A stretch of DNA of 64,000 nt, from the sequence record MG655269.1; one strand, given 5' to 3'. The notes under the pieces were generated by a model. The model did not search any database, was not told the DNA's origin, and saw only the letters and a program-made list of their open reading frames with translations. Shown piece by piece: positions 54,397 to 64,000 of this stretch. Positions within the stretch are counted from its first letter, which is position 1. Each line of letters opens with the position of its first letter. Both the position numbers and the translations under genes were made by a program.

Positions 54397-55124
54397 TGGT
54401 GGGCGGAGATCGTATTGGGTGTTACGTCCCCCTGGATGCTTTGTTGGATACCCGCATCGGGGTCATTGACCAAGTGGCCGGGGAAGTGGGACTGGGGTTG
54501 GTTGAGTCGTGGTACCATACTCGTACGGCTGATCGCTTTGACCGAAAAGGCACACCGTTAACGCAGGCGGCATATCAGGCAGCCTGGACCGCCCGCAGTG
54601 AAGAGACCTTAAAGCGTACACGCATGACCTTTGTGCCGATGTACCTGATGAACCTGATCAGTCGCTTTAACACCTCACACGGCATGCCGATCATGGCTGC
54701 GACCTACAACATCACGGTTAACACGTATCCGTATCGGTTATCCGATGAGCGCAAAGAGCAACTGCAGAAGATCATCGAAACGTACACGTCGGGCATTGCT
54801 GAAATCACCATTGACTATATCAGTCCAGCAGACCTGACTGTCGAGTACGTGAAGGCGAACTACTCCGTGTGCATCATGTATGAGTTTGATGAGTGGTTGA
54901 TGTTGCATAAAGACGAGTTCAGCCAGACCCAGATGCCCGGGACCGTAATCCTGGCACCTAAGTTGTATCTGGCGGATGTGGGGGAAGATGTGATTAAGCG
55001 GGCAGAGCAGACCGATGGCTTTGCAGGCCTGAGCCTGGCACTCTGTGCATTGGTGACAGTGGTGTTCCTGGATGTAAGGTTGTTCTCTTATGTCACAGAC
55101 ACACCACCGAATCTGGATGAGTGA
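54396..55124 (+). CDS. conserved jumbo-phage hypothetical protein
   Basis: YVPLDALLDTR N-terminal motif; RBS GGAGG. Confidence 0.75.
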   Translation: MVGGDRIGCYVPLDALLDTRIGVIDQVAGEVGLGLVESWYHTRTADRFDRKGTPLTQAAYQAAWTARSEETLKRTRMTFVPMYLMNLISRFNTSHGMPIMAATYNITVNTYPYRLSDERKEQLQKIIETYTSGIAEITIDYISPADLTVEYVKANYSVCIMYEFDEWLMLHKDEFSQTQMPGTVILAPKLYLADVGEDVIKRAEQTDGFAGLSLALCALVTVVFLDVRLFSYVTDTPPNLDE

Positions 55125-55583
55125 TTACTTCTTTTCGCCGCCTGGGTTCATGATATCATCGTACTCGATGTGTTCACTGCCTTGACGGGTCTCACCTGCT
55201 TTAAACTCCGGGACCGGTAACTGACTGGCATCCGGGGTTGGAGCAGGGACGGCGGCAATCGAGGTGTCTGCACCTTCACCACGCAGGGCAAAACCACCGG
55301 CAGCCAACACTTGCTTAACTGCACCGATGATAACAGCACCTTGCGCTTCGTCGTTCTCTTGGGCTTTCTGCTCAAGGTCAAGACGTTGACGGTTAATGAT
55401 GGATTTGTCGATATCACCCATCGCGGTCAGGGCGATCTTCAACATCTTCGGGTCTTGTCGGGAGGCCTTGATGGGAGCACCGGACTCAGAGTCCTTCTCA
55501 TCAAGGATATCTTCGACAATCCCTAACCGTCGCATTTGCATACGACGCATCAAGGCCGCATCGTCTAATTCATAATCAGCCAT
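55125..55583 (-). CDS. hypothetical protein
   Basis: RBS GGAGG, start MADYEL; stop codon abuts that of the convergent gene. Confidence 0.7.
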   Translation of the reverse strand: MADYELDDAALMRRMQMRRLGIVEDILDEKDSESGAPIKASRQDPKMLKIALTAMGDIDKSIINRQRLDLEQKAQENDEAQGAVIIGAVKQVLAAGGFALRGEGADTSIAAVPAPTPDASQLPVPEFKAGETRQGSEHIEYDDIMNPGGEKK

Positions 55584-55604
55584 GAGGCCTCCAGAATAAT
55601 TCAC

Positions 55605-55624
55605 ACCTACATTATCTAGGTGAT
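55605..55624 (+). promoter_or_regulatory. putative phage early promoter (variant)
   Basis: ACCTACATTAT-CTAG-GTGAT. Confidence 0.65.
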
Positions 55625-55648
55625 CGTAGTGTATTAAAAGGAATCGTT

Positions 55649-56179
55649 ATGCGCTTTTTTAAAAAGCTTGCACTCAAACGATGCATGGCGATGTTGCGTG
55701 ATGCGAAGCACGATACCTTCACCGCGCAAGAAAGCATGAACGTTCTACATGTGCTTGATACCGTGATTTCCACGGACGGCATCATAAAATATTTCGATGT
55801 TCGGGTTTCGCTCTCCATATTGATGGAAACACAACTCCCCAATGCGATGGCGATGCTGGACTTGATCACCGAAATAAACAAACACATTCAAAAGGATTTG
55901 GATGCCACGTTACCGGATCACGGGACACTATTTGCTGAGTTTCGTGATCTGCGAGTCTTAAGCTTATATGACTGGTTATCTGATAGCGCGGGTCGAGTAG
56001 TAGATGCACCACACTTTTACCAACTGTTCATTGATCAGTTGAACCAATTAATTACCGTTATAGTGAACTGTGAAGACCAGGCAACCCAACAGTATTATCT
56101 GCGTAGATTGCAACCGCTCTACAACGAATTACTGGGAACAGTGTATGCGGCGTTACACTGCGGAATGCTGAGTCTCTAA
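55649..56179 (+). CDS. hypothetical protein
   Basis: RBS AAGGA. Confidence 0.7.
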   Translation: MRFFKKLALKRCMAMLRDAKHDTFTAQESMNVLHVLDTVISTDGIIKYFDVRVSLSILMETQLPNAMAMLDLITEINKHIQKDLDATLPDHGTLFAEFRDLRVLSLYDWLSDSAGRVVDAPHFYQLFIDQLNQLITVIVNCEDQATQQYYLRRLQPLYNELLGTVYAALHCGMLSL

Positions 56180-56190
56180 GGAGTTATCAG

Positions 56191-56655
56191 GTGTCTGACA
56201 AGAAAAAACCAAGGGATCAATTGACGGAGATGTTAACCGATCCGACAAAGCGGTCACGGCAGACCGCGCATCCGTTGGTGAGGCTCTGGCGACAATTCAT
56301 GGCACGGGAGCTCATCACTCCTTCCAAATGGGGTGCCTTGATTGCCGAGCACATCACTCGATTGCGACAATACAAAGAAATGGATGTCCAGGCTGTTGGT
56401 ACCGAACGGGGTAATTTAAAGAAAGCGTTTATTGAAAAGAACACCATGTCTTTTTCGGCGTTTCAACGTGGCTTACGTTTCCTGGGTTTTGCCAAGGTCA
56501 CGATCATCGTCATTGCAGAGCGACCTAATGGTGAGAAGGTTGAAGAGCGTGTCGAGATTGAATTAATTAAGCGTATGTTTACAGCAGGAACACCGCCAGC
56601 CACACCGCCGACAGAGAAAGATAAACCCGATTCTGATAAACCGCCTGAGAAGTAA
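56191..56655 (+). CDS. hypothetical protein
   Basis: GTG start, RBS AAGGAG. Confidence 0.7.
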   Translation: MSDKKKPRDQLTEMLTDPTKRSRQTAHPLVRLWRQFMARELITPSKWGALIAEHITRLRQYKEMDVQAVGTERGNLKKAFIEKNTMSFSAFQRGLRFLGFAKVTIIVIAERPNGEKVEERVEIELIKRMFTAGTPPATPPTEKDKPDSDKPPEK

Positions 56656-56727
56656 AGACGATACTATAGAAGATGGGACTTCGGTCCCATCGCTATTCCC
56701 TTCTTTTTTTTTTGTTGAGGTTTGATC

Positions 56728-57798
56728 ATGGCTGGAGTGGATATTGGGCAATCGATTCAAAACTCGATTAAGGCAGCAGGTTCAGTAACAACCAACGCCG
56801 TGAACAAAGTTCAATCAACTTTTGTCGGAGGCGTGAAAGAAGACCTGGCATTAATCGATGCCAAAGCGAAGTCAGCGGTACAAACCCTGAACTCGTTTAA
56901 AGATACCCAGATTGGTGCGATCGATGGCTTTATCAAGAAAGTCTCCGGGGGTGCACTCAGCATCTCTGAACTCTCGAGCATCATCGACGTACGCAATGGC
57001 ATCAGCATTGACTACCAGCGCCTCTATCGTCGCTTAGGGGACGCGGCGGGTTTCCCGATGGATTCAATCATTGGGATGACAGCTGATCTTAAAATGGAAG
57101 TGGCGAATCTCCTTGATGCCTATTCCAGCAAGAACTACACCTACCTGCTTAATAAAGCCGGGGTGAAGATCGGGGTCAATGACTCGAGTTATCAAGCGGC
57201 ACAGTTGATTGCTGGTGTGATCAGTAAGATGTCCAAGTCGGACTCTGACTTTAATACCATGGTGGATGAAGCAGCGCAGCTGGCGCTGTTAAATGTCATG
57301 GTGCGTAATGCGGTGCAGGTCGGACTCTGGTCAGGGATTGATACCTTACTGGGTCAGTACACCGATAAAGCAGCTGGGATCACCAATCTGGCGACCTGTG
57401 CCCAGATCTCAATTCGGGGTGGGGATGTCTTTACCACCAAGTACATCATTGACACCGTCGGGATTGCGCGGGTCACTGCACTGAACACCGATTTCCTGAC
57501 TGACATGTTACGTTACTTTAAGTTCAAGAGTGATGTGACTGCGGATCAGTACGCGAACTACCTGGCGACGTTGACTTACTGTTTACAGCAGGCCGAAGCG
57601 GATTGGGCGTATATGCAGTTCGGTACAGTACGGGCATTACGGTTAAAGCCGTTCACCAATGCGTCAACGGATGCGATCACTCTGTTCCAGCATACTGACG
57701 AATACCGTCAGCACGTCATGATTGCCCGGACTTATCCACCCCGTGATCTGATGGATTTACTGAAACAGAATTACCCGTACATGGCTGTCGTGCAATAA
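56728..57798 (+). CDS. conserved jumbo-phage protein (likely virion)
   Basis: RBS GAGG; 356 aa. Confidence 0.75.
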   Translation: MAGVDIGQSIQNSIKAAGSVTTNAVNKVQSTFVGGVKEDLALIDAKAKSAVQTLNSFKDTQIGAIDGFIKKVSGGALSISELSSIIDVRNGISIDYQRLYRRLGDAAGFPMDSIIGMTADLKMEVANLLDAYSSKNYTYLLNKAGVKIGVNDSSYQAAQLIAGVISKMSKSDSDFNTMVDEAAQLALLNVMVRNAVQVGLWSGIDTLLGQYTDKAAGITNLATCAQISIRGGDVFTTKYIIDTVGIARVTALNTDFLTDMLRYFKFKSDVTADQYANYLATLTYCLQQAEADWAYMQFGTVRALRLKPFTNASTDAITLFQHTDEYRQHVMIARTYPPRDLMDLLKQNYPYMAVVQ

Positions 57799-57800
57799 CC

Positions 57801-57838
57801 AACATAAGGAGAGGGCCAGCGCCCTCTCCTCTATGCCG
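57801..57838. terminator. bidirectional terminator
   Basis: AACATA-[AGGAGAGGGC-CAGC-GCCCTCTCCT]-CTATGCCG. Confidence 0.75.
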
Positions 57839-57848
57839 TCTTTCTTTT

Positions 57849-58565
57849 TTATGCCGACCCTATTAGCTCTAACACTGGGCGCCAATGCATATTGCTAGCG
57901 GTATAATTTTTGTTAGTATTACCGCTTTTGGTAACAGCGCTGTACGGTCCAATGTTGTTACTTGTGACGTTGACTTGTGTTTCCTGACACTGTATAAGTG
58001 TCGAGGATACAGCTAAGTTGATCGAAGCCCACTTTTCCCCTGACTCAGTTTGCGCGGCAGTAGTCTCGCTGGCAATATGGAACATGGTGCGACCCCATTC
58101 TGATGTTTTCTCAATCGCATTAGGGGGGTAGGCCAATGGGTCTGCTAAACCACATTTTGGTAATCGTACCAGAAACTTATAACCAAGAAAGGTGATGGTC
58201 TTATTCTGCGGCACTAATGGCGTTGCTGGGTATGGGTATTTGCCCGGCCCTGCGATGCCATACACCATCCCTTTGGCATACAGCTGCTCCCAACTACACG
58301 AATTTATCATAGTGGCAGTAGGAATGAACAAGATTTTACCATCAACAACAAACTTCGCCCATGTGACGCCGCTGTTATATACGGTCCCATTGTTAAAACC
58401 GGTTAAGGAGCGTAGCGTTGCAGTATCTATAAACTGGCTAGGTGGGATCGTGCCGTAATATCCGGTTTCATACCCTGGACTGGGATTGTAATAGTTGAGT
58501 AGGGTTGCTGGACCCGGTCCAGTACCCACTAACTTTTTCCCACCAAAAAATAACATTTCTAACAT
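57849..58565 (-). CDS. virion structural paralog (MLEML family)
   Basis: MLEMLFFGG; YYGTIP..FI, WAKFVVDGKILFIP, SW..LY..G.VYG, FLVRLP, WRPVLEL. Confidence 0.7.
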   Translation of the reverse strand: MLEMLFFGGKKLVGTGPGPATLLNYYNPSPGYETGYYGTIPPSQFIDTATLRSLTGFNNGTVYNSGVTWAKFVVDGKILFIPTATMINSCSWEQLYAKGMVYGIAGPGKYPYPATPLVPQNKTITFLGYKFLVRLPKCGLADPLAYPPNAIEKTSEWGRTMFHIASETTAAQTESGEKWASINLAVSSTLIQCQETQVNVTSNNIGPYSAVTKSGNTNKNYTASNMHWRPVLELIGSA

Positions 58566-58691
58566 AGCGTTAACCTTGGTTAAAGACGTTCATAGAATCT
58601 ACAGGAAGTCTAGGTCATGCACCGAGAATAAGGTGAGGGAGTGGCGTTTGCCACTCCCTTCCACCTATGCTGTTTTTTTTTTGTTGAAGGA

Positions 58692-60680
58692 TCAGTTGCG
58701 GTACGTACCCTCGACAAAGGCGCTGATAGCTTGCCCGACCAGCGAGGACGAGAAGGTTGCAGCCATTTGGGTTGGGGACACCCACTGTTTCACATCAAGC
58801 TGGGTCTTGGCTAACACGCGTGCCAATTTGTCTGAACGGTAGATCTGTTCATTCAATCCCATACCAGACAGCACCGCCAGGTAGTCGGAGTAGTTGTTGT
58901 CATCGGTCATGAGCTTAGCCGCTGCACGGGCCGGGTTGGTTAAGTCACCCGGGTTCAACGCAGGATCGATCGGTGCATGCAGCATTGGTGACATATCGGC
59001 CACCGAGAACGTCACGTCAATCCCCAAAGGATGTTTGTCTTTGTTCCAGCCCACGTTACCCACACCACGTTGAATACTCATTGAGTCGATCATCCCTAAA
59101 CGGGTTTGTGAGCGACCTTTTGAGTACGCTTCGACTAAGAACGGTGAGGTATAGGCCTGAGCGCCCACAGAACGCGGCAGGACCATGTTTAACAAACAAA
59201 CCAAGGGAATGATCAGGTTCTGGATGCGTGCCACTGGGTGGCCGTACGGAGAGCGTAGATTGATGGTGTACGTTTCCCGGGGTAAGGATGCCGTCGACCC
59301 GGTCCAGTGCTGTGGGATCTCAATATAACCTTGCCCCAACATCAGGTTAACAATCCCGCCAAGACTAGTGCCCGACGCATAACCTTGGACTACCTGCATA
59401 CTGGAGTCAATCAAGGCATCGATCGGTGCAAAGCCAGTCTTACCACCGCCAGCCATGAAGCGAGCATCCTGTGCTGCAGTAGACGCACCGTTCAGTATCC
59501 CGGTTAACTGGTTTTCACCAAACGAACTCTGGAAGGATTCCCCGATCGCCCCGTTATGGTTGACCTTGAAACCAATAAAGGAACCGCCATCCCGCAACTC
59601 CGATTCCATGTGGTCGAGTACACTGTTAAAGAACCCGGTGGATTTCTCCACATCAGTGACCGACGCAGCATCACCTGTGGCAGTTGGTGCAGTTACTCCG
59701 GTATCGCCATCAGCATCCGTGGTGTAGTTCCCCGCCCCTTCCATCCCGGTACCAGACGGATCTTTCACCTGACCCAATCCCGAATTGAAGTAGGACTGCA
59801 GATATGTGGTCAGATTAGACTCTGGGCTGTCGCCAGCCGGATCGGTCCATTCGTTACCGTGTTTGTTAATCGCCCGGATCGCACTGTTACGTTCCGTTAC
59901 CGAAGAGGACTCGATACGCTGGGCCAGTGCTTTCTGCCAACGAATGTGTTTACGGTTTGCACGGTTAGCAAGATAGAAAAGGTCAACAGAACCATCAGCA
60001 CGCCACAAACCAGGCAACATGTTCGCAAGCAGTTTACGCTCGTTCGGTGTGTAAGCAGAGAAGTCAAACGTTTGTTCCTTAGCCTGAGCATGACGTGTAC
60101 GGAATGCCGGTGGGATAATCCCCATGTTGATCATGATGGCGTTCAACATATTGGTGCAGGATTTCCAATAGAGCGGCATCGCGTTTTTGGAGTAATAGAA
60201 CTTGGATTTCGGAATCCCCATCAGCCAGGTAACTGTGGTATAGGTGACCGAGATGGCCTGCAGTGGCCAGTGCACAATCGCTGACGCCGCTTCGGCAAAG
60301 TGGAACAACCAACCCGGGGCACGACCAGTACGCGCCAGGTAGGCGGCATTGGCATCAAACATGTTGGCCAGGAAACTGAAGATCCCGTTGAACTCCGGCA
60401 CCCCCATACGGAAATAGACCACATCGGCATTGTCATCAATGTTAGCACTATAATCCGACCCCATTCCACCAAACTGATCATTCCACCAACGACTGGCACG
60501 AATGTCACAGCTCGGTGACCACTGAGGCGGTGGGTTAATCCAGAAGTTACCACCCGGGGTTGTGTCTGTGAATTTGTTTCGGGCCTTCTGATATTGCCTA
60601 CGGTCTTTTAACCCGTCATCAATATTTACACCAGAAAGCATAAATGCCTGTTGTAAATAATCATGGTCTTTAATGTTCAT
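58692..60680 (-). CDS. tail/baseplate-associated structural protein (phiKZ gp182-like)
   Basis: 662 aa immediately downstream of the tape-measure gene; synteny recalled from phiKZ-like phages. Confidence 0.7.
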   Translation of the reverse strand: MNIKDHDYLQQAFMLSGVNIDDGLKDRRQYQKARNKFTDTTPGGNFWINPPPQWSPSCDIRASRWWNDQFGGMGSDYSANIDDNADVVYFRMGVPEFNGIFSFLANMFDANAAYLARTGRAPGWLFHFAEAASAIVHWPLQAISVTYTTVTWLMGIPKSKFYYSKNAMPLYWKSCTNMLNAIMINMGIIPPAFRTRHAQAKEQTFDFSAYTPNERKLLANMLPGLWRADGSVDLFYLANRANRKHIRWQKALAQRIESSSVTERNSAIRAINKHGNEWTDPAGDSPESNLTTYLQSYFNSGLGQVKDPSGTGMEGAGNYTTDADGDTGVTAPTATGDAASVTDVEKSTGFFNSVLDHMESELRDGGSFIGFKVNHNGAIGESFQSSFGENQLTGILNGASTAAQDARFMAGGGKTGFAPIDALIDSSMQVVQGYASGTSLGGIVNLMLGQGYIEIPQHWTGSTASLPRETYTINLRSPYGHPVARIQNLIIPLVCLLNMVLPRSVGAQAYTSPFLVEAYSKGRSQTRLGMIDSMSIQRGVGNVGWNKDKHPLGIDVTFSVADMSPMLHAPIDPALNPGDLTNPARAAAKLMTDDNNYSDYLAVLSGMGLNEQIYRSDKLARVLAKTQLDVKQWVSPTQMAATFSSSLVGQAISAFVEGTYRN

Positions 60681-60742
60681 TCACCAACTCCGAATGATTA
60701 AGAATAAGAAGGCGGGGCATGACCCCCGCCTGATGTTACTGA

Positions 60743-63700
60743 TTAGCCATTACCGTACTTGCGAGCAAAGCTCACCGGTGGTGTACCGGCACCACTGGCA
60801 GGTGCTTGCGGTGCCGCCGGTGCAGGTTTGTTCAACATCTGGGTTTGCACCGCAATGAACTGCTTCATGATCTCAACCAACGAGTTCATGTTATTGTCGA
60901 TGTTCGCCAGGTGGTCTTTACTGCCAGAGATCGCCGCAGCAGACTCTTTCGGTAAGACCGGTACGGGTGCCGGTGCAGGGGTAACTGTCGTGACCTGCGG
61001 GGCATTAGGAACCTGCCCTTGGGTCGGTTGCATGCGAGGAGGTGTGTTAAGGGTTGGGGTGGTTGGTGTTGGCGTAGACGCATCAGCGGCTGCTTGCTTA
61101 TCGATAGCCGATGCCGTGGAGTCTTTGGCATTCGGTGTCGATGAACCTGCAGAAACGGCTGCTGCTACACTTGGTCCGCTTGTTGACTTCAATGCTGGCG
61201 CATCGCCCTGGCCCGGAGGTGGTGCTACGGTATTAGCCGCAGATGCACCCGGTGCAGTCAGCTCAGCTGCCGTCTTCGCACCCGACAATGCCGGAGTAGA
61301 AGGTCCGCTCTGTGCTTGACCGGATGCCAAGGTTTGTGCCTGGTTATCTTCAGCTGCATCACCTTGTGGGCCAGCAGACTGATCTTTACCCGAGAGAATG
61401 TCATCAAACTTCCCAGTCCCCATTAGATCCGTATACTGTTTGAACAACTGACCACGTTCAGCTAAACCGTGTGTCCCGCCGTTAACCAATTTGGTAACAG
61501 TATTCAGATCCCCTTTCTTCGCAGCTTCCTCAATCCCATTACGCGACTTCCAATACCACAGTGCTGACTTCGCAGCCATGGTTGGGTCAGTCGAGATTTT
61601 ATCGGGATCGGACACCAGGTCAACGCCAAGGCCTTTACTGGCGGCAGCGTAGTTGGCTTTACCGGTCAGCTGCATGAAGCCACGTCCACGGTACTTCCAA
61701 CCATCACCCGGTTTGTCGTTCCCCATACGACCGCCGTAGATCGAGTTGGCAATCGCCACTGGACCCGCTGTCGCTAACTGCTGCGCAGCTGCCAGGGTGG
61801 GGAAGCGGTTAGGCCAGAGCCTCATCAGAGTCTCTGCTTTATAACGCAGGTTCTCTTCGAGTTTGCTAAAGCCTCCGGACTCCAGGTGAGTCTGGGCCAA
61901 GAGCATGGCGAGTTCTTGTTTATCCGTAATGCCGGACTTCATGGCTTCACGAATCAAGATACGCGCACCCTCTTCAGCACCTGGACCTAACTTAATCGGC
62001 CCAACCTTCCCGGTGTTGTCAATCCCCCCACCTGCACCTGCCGCACCACCTGCCGCACCGCCACCATAGGCTGTCTCGATACGTCCCGTTTCCGGGTTGT
62101 ATGTTGTTACCTGACGCTGAGAGGTATAGACTTGACCGGTGCTCGTCTTCACCTGGTTGTTCACCATGTTACCGGACGAGTCCTTACGCCAATCTTTCTC
62201 AGTAGTGCCATCGGCCCGTTGTTGCACACCGCCTTTTACCGCTTCAGCAGAATACTGCGCTTGTTTGACTTGTGCCTTCAGGTTATTCAGGTGGTTTTGA
62301 ACAACAGAGGCATCATCATTAAGTTCACCGGTTGACCACGGCGAGGTCTTAATGGTCCAAACAGAGATCGCATTCACACCGTCACTGTATTTGGCATTGG
62401 TCATCGCTGTCGCTGCAGCGAACTTCAACTCAGGTGGCATCTTCGGTACAGCAAGCGTCGGTCGACTGTCTCCGGTCTGGGTATAGACCGTGCTGGCAAA
62501 CGCTAAGTACGCCGGTAAGAAGCGACGAGTAAACCATGGCTCCCATGATTTGTAAGACCACTGGTTGGATGGACTCAAACCAAAGCTTGCAGCAACAACC
62601 CGGTAGATGTCTGAGGCTTTACCGTCAAACGTCGCACCATTATCTGCAAACTTGATCTTGTTCGCCATCACCAGTTCCAACTGCAGGAGTGTCGACACAC
62701 GATCAACATCCAACGTTGGCAGGCCATACACTTTCATACGCAGCGCAGTGAGATCATCCATCGGCTGACCGGCTTTAGGCAGTAAACCGCCTAAGAGATC
62801 CCCGGCACTGACCACAGTACGATCACCGGTAAACCACGACGACTCTTTATGTCCAACCGTTTTCAGCTCAGGGATATCACCATTTGGATTAATGGCTTTG
62901 ACCATGTCACTGCTGAGTTCACGGCTGGAGGCAACCTTATCCATCCCGGTTGCAAAGACCGACGCTGATTTCCCCGTGGTCATCTTCTGAGCTTTGTTGC
63001 GCAGACGATCCAGCACATCTTTTACCAGCGCTTCGGTCTGTTTGCGATCAGTTGCATTCAGATCCGGGAAGATACGACCAGTAAACATGTACGGGTGATC
63101 AGATGACTCATCGAACTGTTGTGCGCGTTTGGCGATCTCGTACTTTGCCGCTTCATCCGTCGACTTATCCAGATCCATGAAGGCCTGGCTTGGGAGGACT
63201 TGTTTCGCCACGGCTTTGTGGGTCAGGTAAACCGGTTTGAAGCGATGCAGGAACCAGCCCGCGAATTGCTCCACTTGCTCACGGTCATTCGGGTCATCAA
63301 CAAACAATGAACCGAGTTGGGCGATTGGGGCTTTCGGGTCGAGTGAGGCATAGCCATCATCGGTGGTTTTGACATACGGCTCTAACGCTGCTTCCAACTT
63401 CAGGATGGCCGAGACATGACTGGAGTCATTATCCGGAACACCATACTGACGCAGACGCATCTGCTGCAGTAAACCCGGGTCATTAAACCAAGTGTATAAA
63501 GAACGACCGATAGCGCCGCCCCCTAATGCACCAATGGCCCCGCCAGCAATAGCACCGATGGCTGTACCAACAACTGGCACGACTGAACCGATAGCGGCAC
63601 CCATCGCTGCACCACCCAGAATACCACCAACACCGGAGCCAGCTGCTTCTGCCACACCTGCGTTATCACCTGCCTTGTACGAATCCCACGCTTCCAGTGC

Positions 63701-64000
63701 TGAGACCCCGGCTGTGACAATCCCGCCACCTTTGACCAGTAGCTTCAGGTTACCGGCAACACCACGACCCAACATACCGCCTGTACGACCAACGATACCT
63801 CGGCCGAGACCACGGACACCACGGGCAGCTTTGCCGGCTAAACGACGGATCAATCCACCACGTGGACGAGGGCCGCCACCACCGCCACCACCACCGCGGT
63901 TACGACGACCACCCCGACGCCTGCGACGCCTGCGACCGCCTTCCTCTTCACCGCCCTCATCATCATCACCGAGCGCATCGCTGAGTTCATCCATGACGCC
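60743..64000 (-). CDS. tail tape-measure protein with C-terminal GH19 lysozyme/chitinase-like domain (5'-truncated by window; phiKZ gp181-like)
   Basis: AMLLAQTHLESGGF..LEEN, YRGRGFMQLTGKANY, VNGGTHGL.ER; Gly/Ala-rich GAAMGAAIG repeats; frame open at the window edge. Confidence 0.85.
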   Translation of the reverse strand, partial: GVMDELSDALGDDDEGGEEEGGRRRRRRRGGRRNRGGGGGGGGPRPRGGLIRRLAGKAARGVRGLGRGIVGRTGGMLGRGVAGNLKLLVKGGGIVTAGVSALEAWDSYKAGDNAGVAEAAGSGVGGILGGAAMGAAIGSVVPVVGTAIGAIAGGAIGALGGGAIGRSLYTWFNDPGLLQQMRLRQYGVPDNDSSHVSAILKLEAALEPYVKTTDDGYASLDPKAPIAQLGSLFVDDPNDREQVEQFAGWFLHRFKPVYLTHKAVAKQVLPSQAFMDLDKSTDEAAKYEIAKRAQQFDESSDHPYMFTGRIFPDLNATDRKQTEALVKDVLDRLRNKAQKMTTGKSASVFATGMDKVASSRELSSDMVKAINPNGDIPELKTVGHKESSWFTGDRTVVSAGDLLGGLLPKAGQPMDDLTALRMKVYGLPTLDVDRVSTLLQLELVMANKIKFADNGATFDGKASDIYRVVAASFGLSPSNQWSYKSWEPWFTRRFLPAYLAFASTVYTQTGDSRPTLAVPKMPPELKFAAATAMTNAKYSDGVNAISVWTIKTSPWSTGELNDDASVVQNHLNNLKAQVKQAQYSAEAVKGGVQQRADGTTEKDWRKDSSGNMVNNQVKTSTGQVYTSQRQVTTYNPETGRIETAYGGGAAGGAAGAGGGIDNTGKVGPIKLGPGAEEGARILIREAMKSGITDKQELAMLLAQTHLESGGFSKLEENLRYKAETLMRLWPNRFPTLAAAQQLATAGPVAIANSIYGGRMGNDKPGDGWKYRGRGFMQLTGKANYAAASKGLGVDLVSDPDKISTDPTMAAKSALWYWKSRNGIEEAAKKGDLNTVTKLVNGGTHGLAERGQLFKQYTDLMGTGKFDDILSGKDQSAGPQGDAAEDNQAQTLASGQAQSGPSTPALSGAKTAAELTAPGASAANTVAPPPGQGDAPALKSTSGPSVAAAVSAGSSTPNAKDSTASAIDKQAAADASTPTPTTPTLNTPPRMQPTQGQVPNAPQVTTVTPAPAPVPVLPKESAAAISGSKDHLANIDNNMNSLVEIMKQFIAVQTQMLNKPAPAAPQAPASGAGTPPVSFARKYGNG

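Noticed and set aside
2050-58610. Individual TATG late promoters upstream of structural genes
   Set aside because: Seen before several late genes, but a 4-mer is too frequent to call site by site without TSS data.
59556-60284. 242-aa plus-strand ORF
   Set aside because: Antisense shadow inside the gp182-like gene; protein composition is implausible.

Overview
This window is a 64-kb segment of a phiKZ/SPN3US-like jumbo phage (Chimalliviridae-type), probably infecting Enterobacterales (Erwinia/Pantoea-like host inferred from AmsF-like, YgiB-like and very E. coli-like NrdB genes). All assignments are by eye from motifs; no database search was run. About 1-44 kb is a mostly plus-strand accessory/early region: HD hydrolase, AmsF-like beta-helix protein, KptA/Tpt1, HNH nuclease, NrdB, YgiB, HigA-like, MazG-like, thymidine kinase, HslU-like ATPase, DHFR fusion, Lar-like, Gly-rich virion paralogs, SNF2-like helicase and many small membrane proteins. 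About 44.5-64 kb is the conserved core block: virion proteins, RNase H, UvsX, virion RNAP beta C-terminal subunit, gp182-like tail protein and a truncated tape-measure protein with a GH19 domain. The best candidates for undescribed biology are: (1) a SLOG + DarG-type macrodomain + gp30.3-type NADAR-SLOG cassette between uvsX and the vRNAP gene, which could reverse both classes of DarT DNA ADP-ribosylation; (2) an uncalled 47-aa free-standing peptide ending DCEGCKI that mimics the redox C-terminal tail of ribonucleotide reductase alpha; (3) a cis-regulatory code of nine ACCTAYATTAC-N4-GKGAT promoters and hairpin+TTATGCCG terminators; (4) a shared M[FL]E[ML]L N-terminal tag on five otherwise different virion/receptor-binding proteins. 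No tRNA, rRNA, CRISPR array or intron could be supported.
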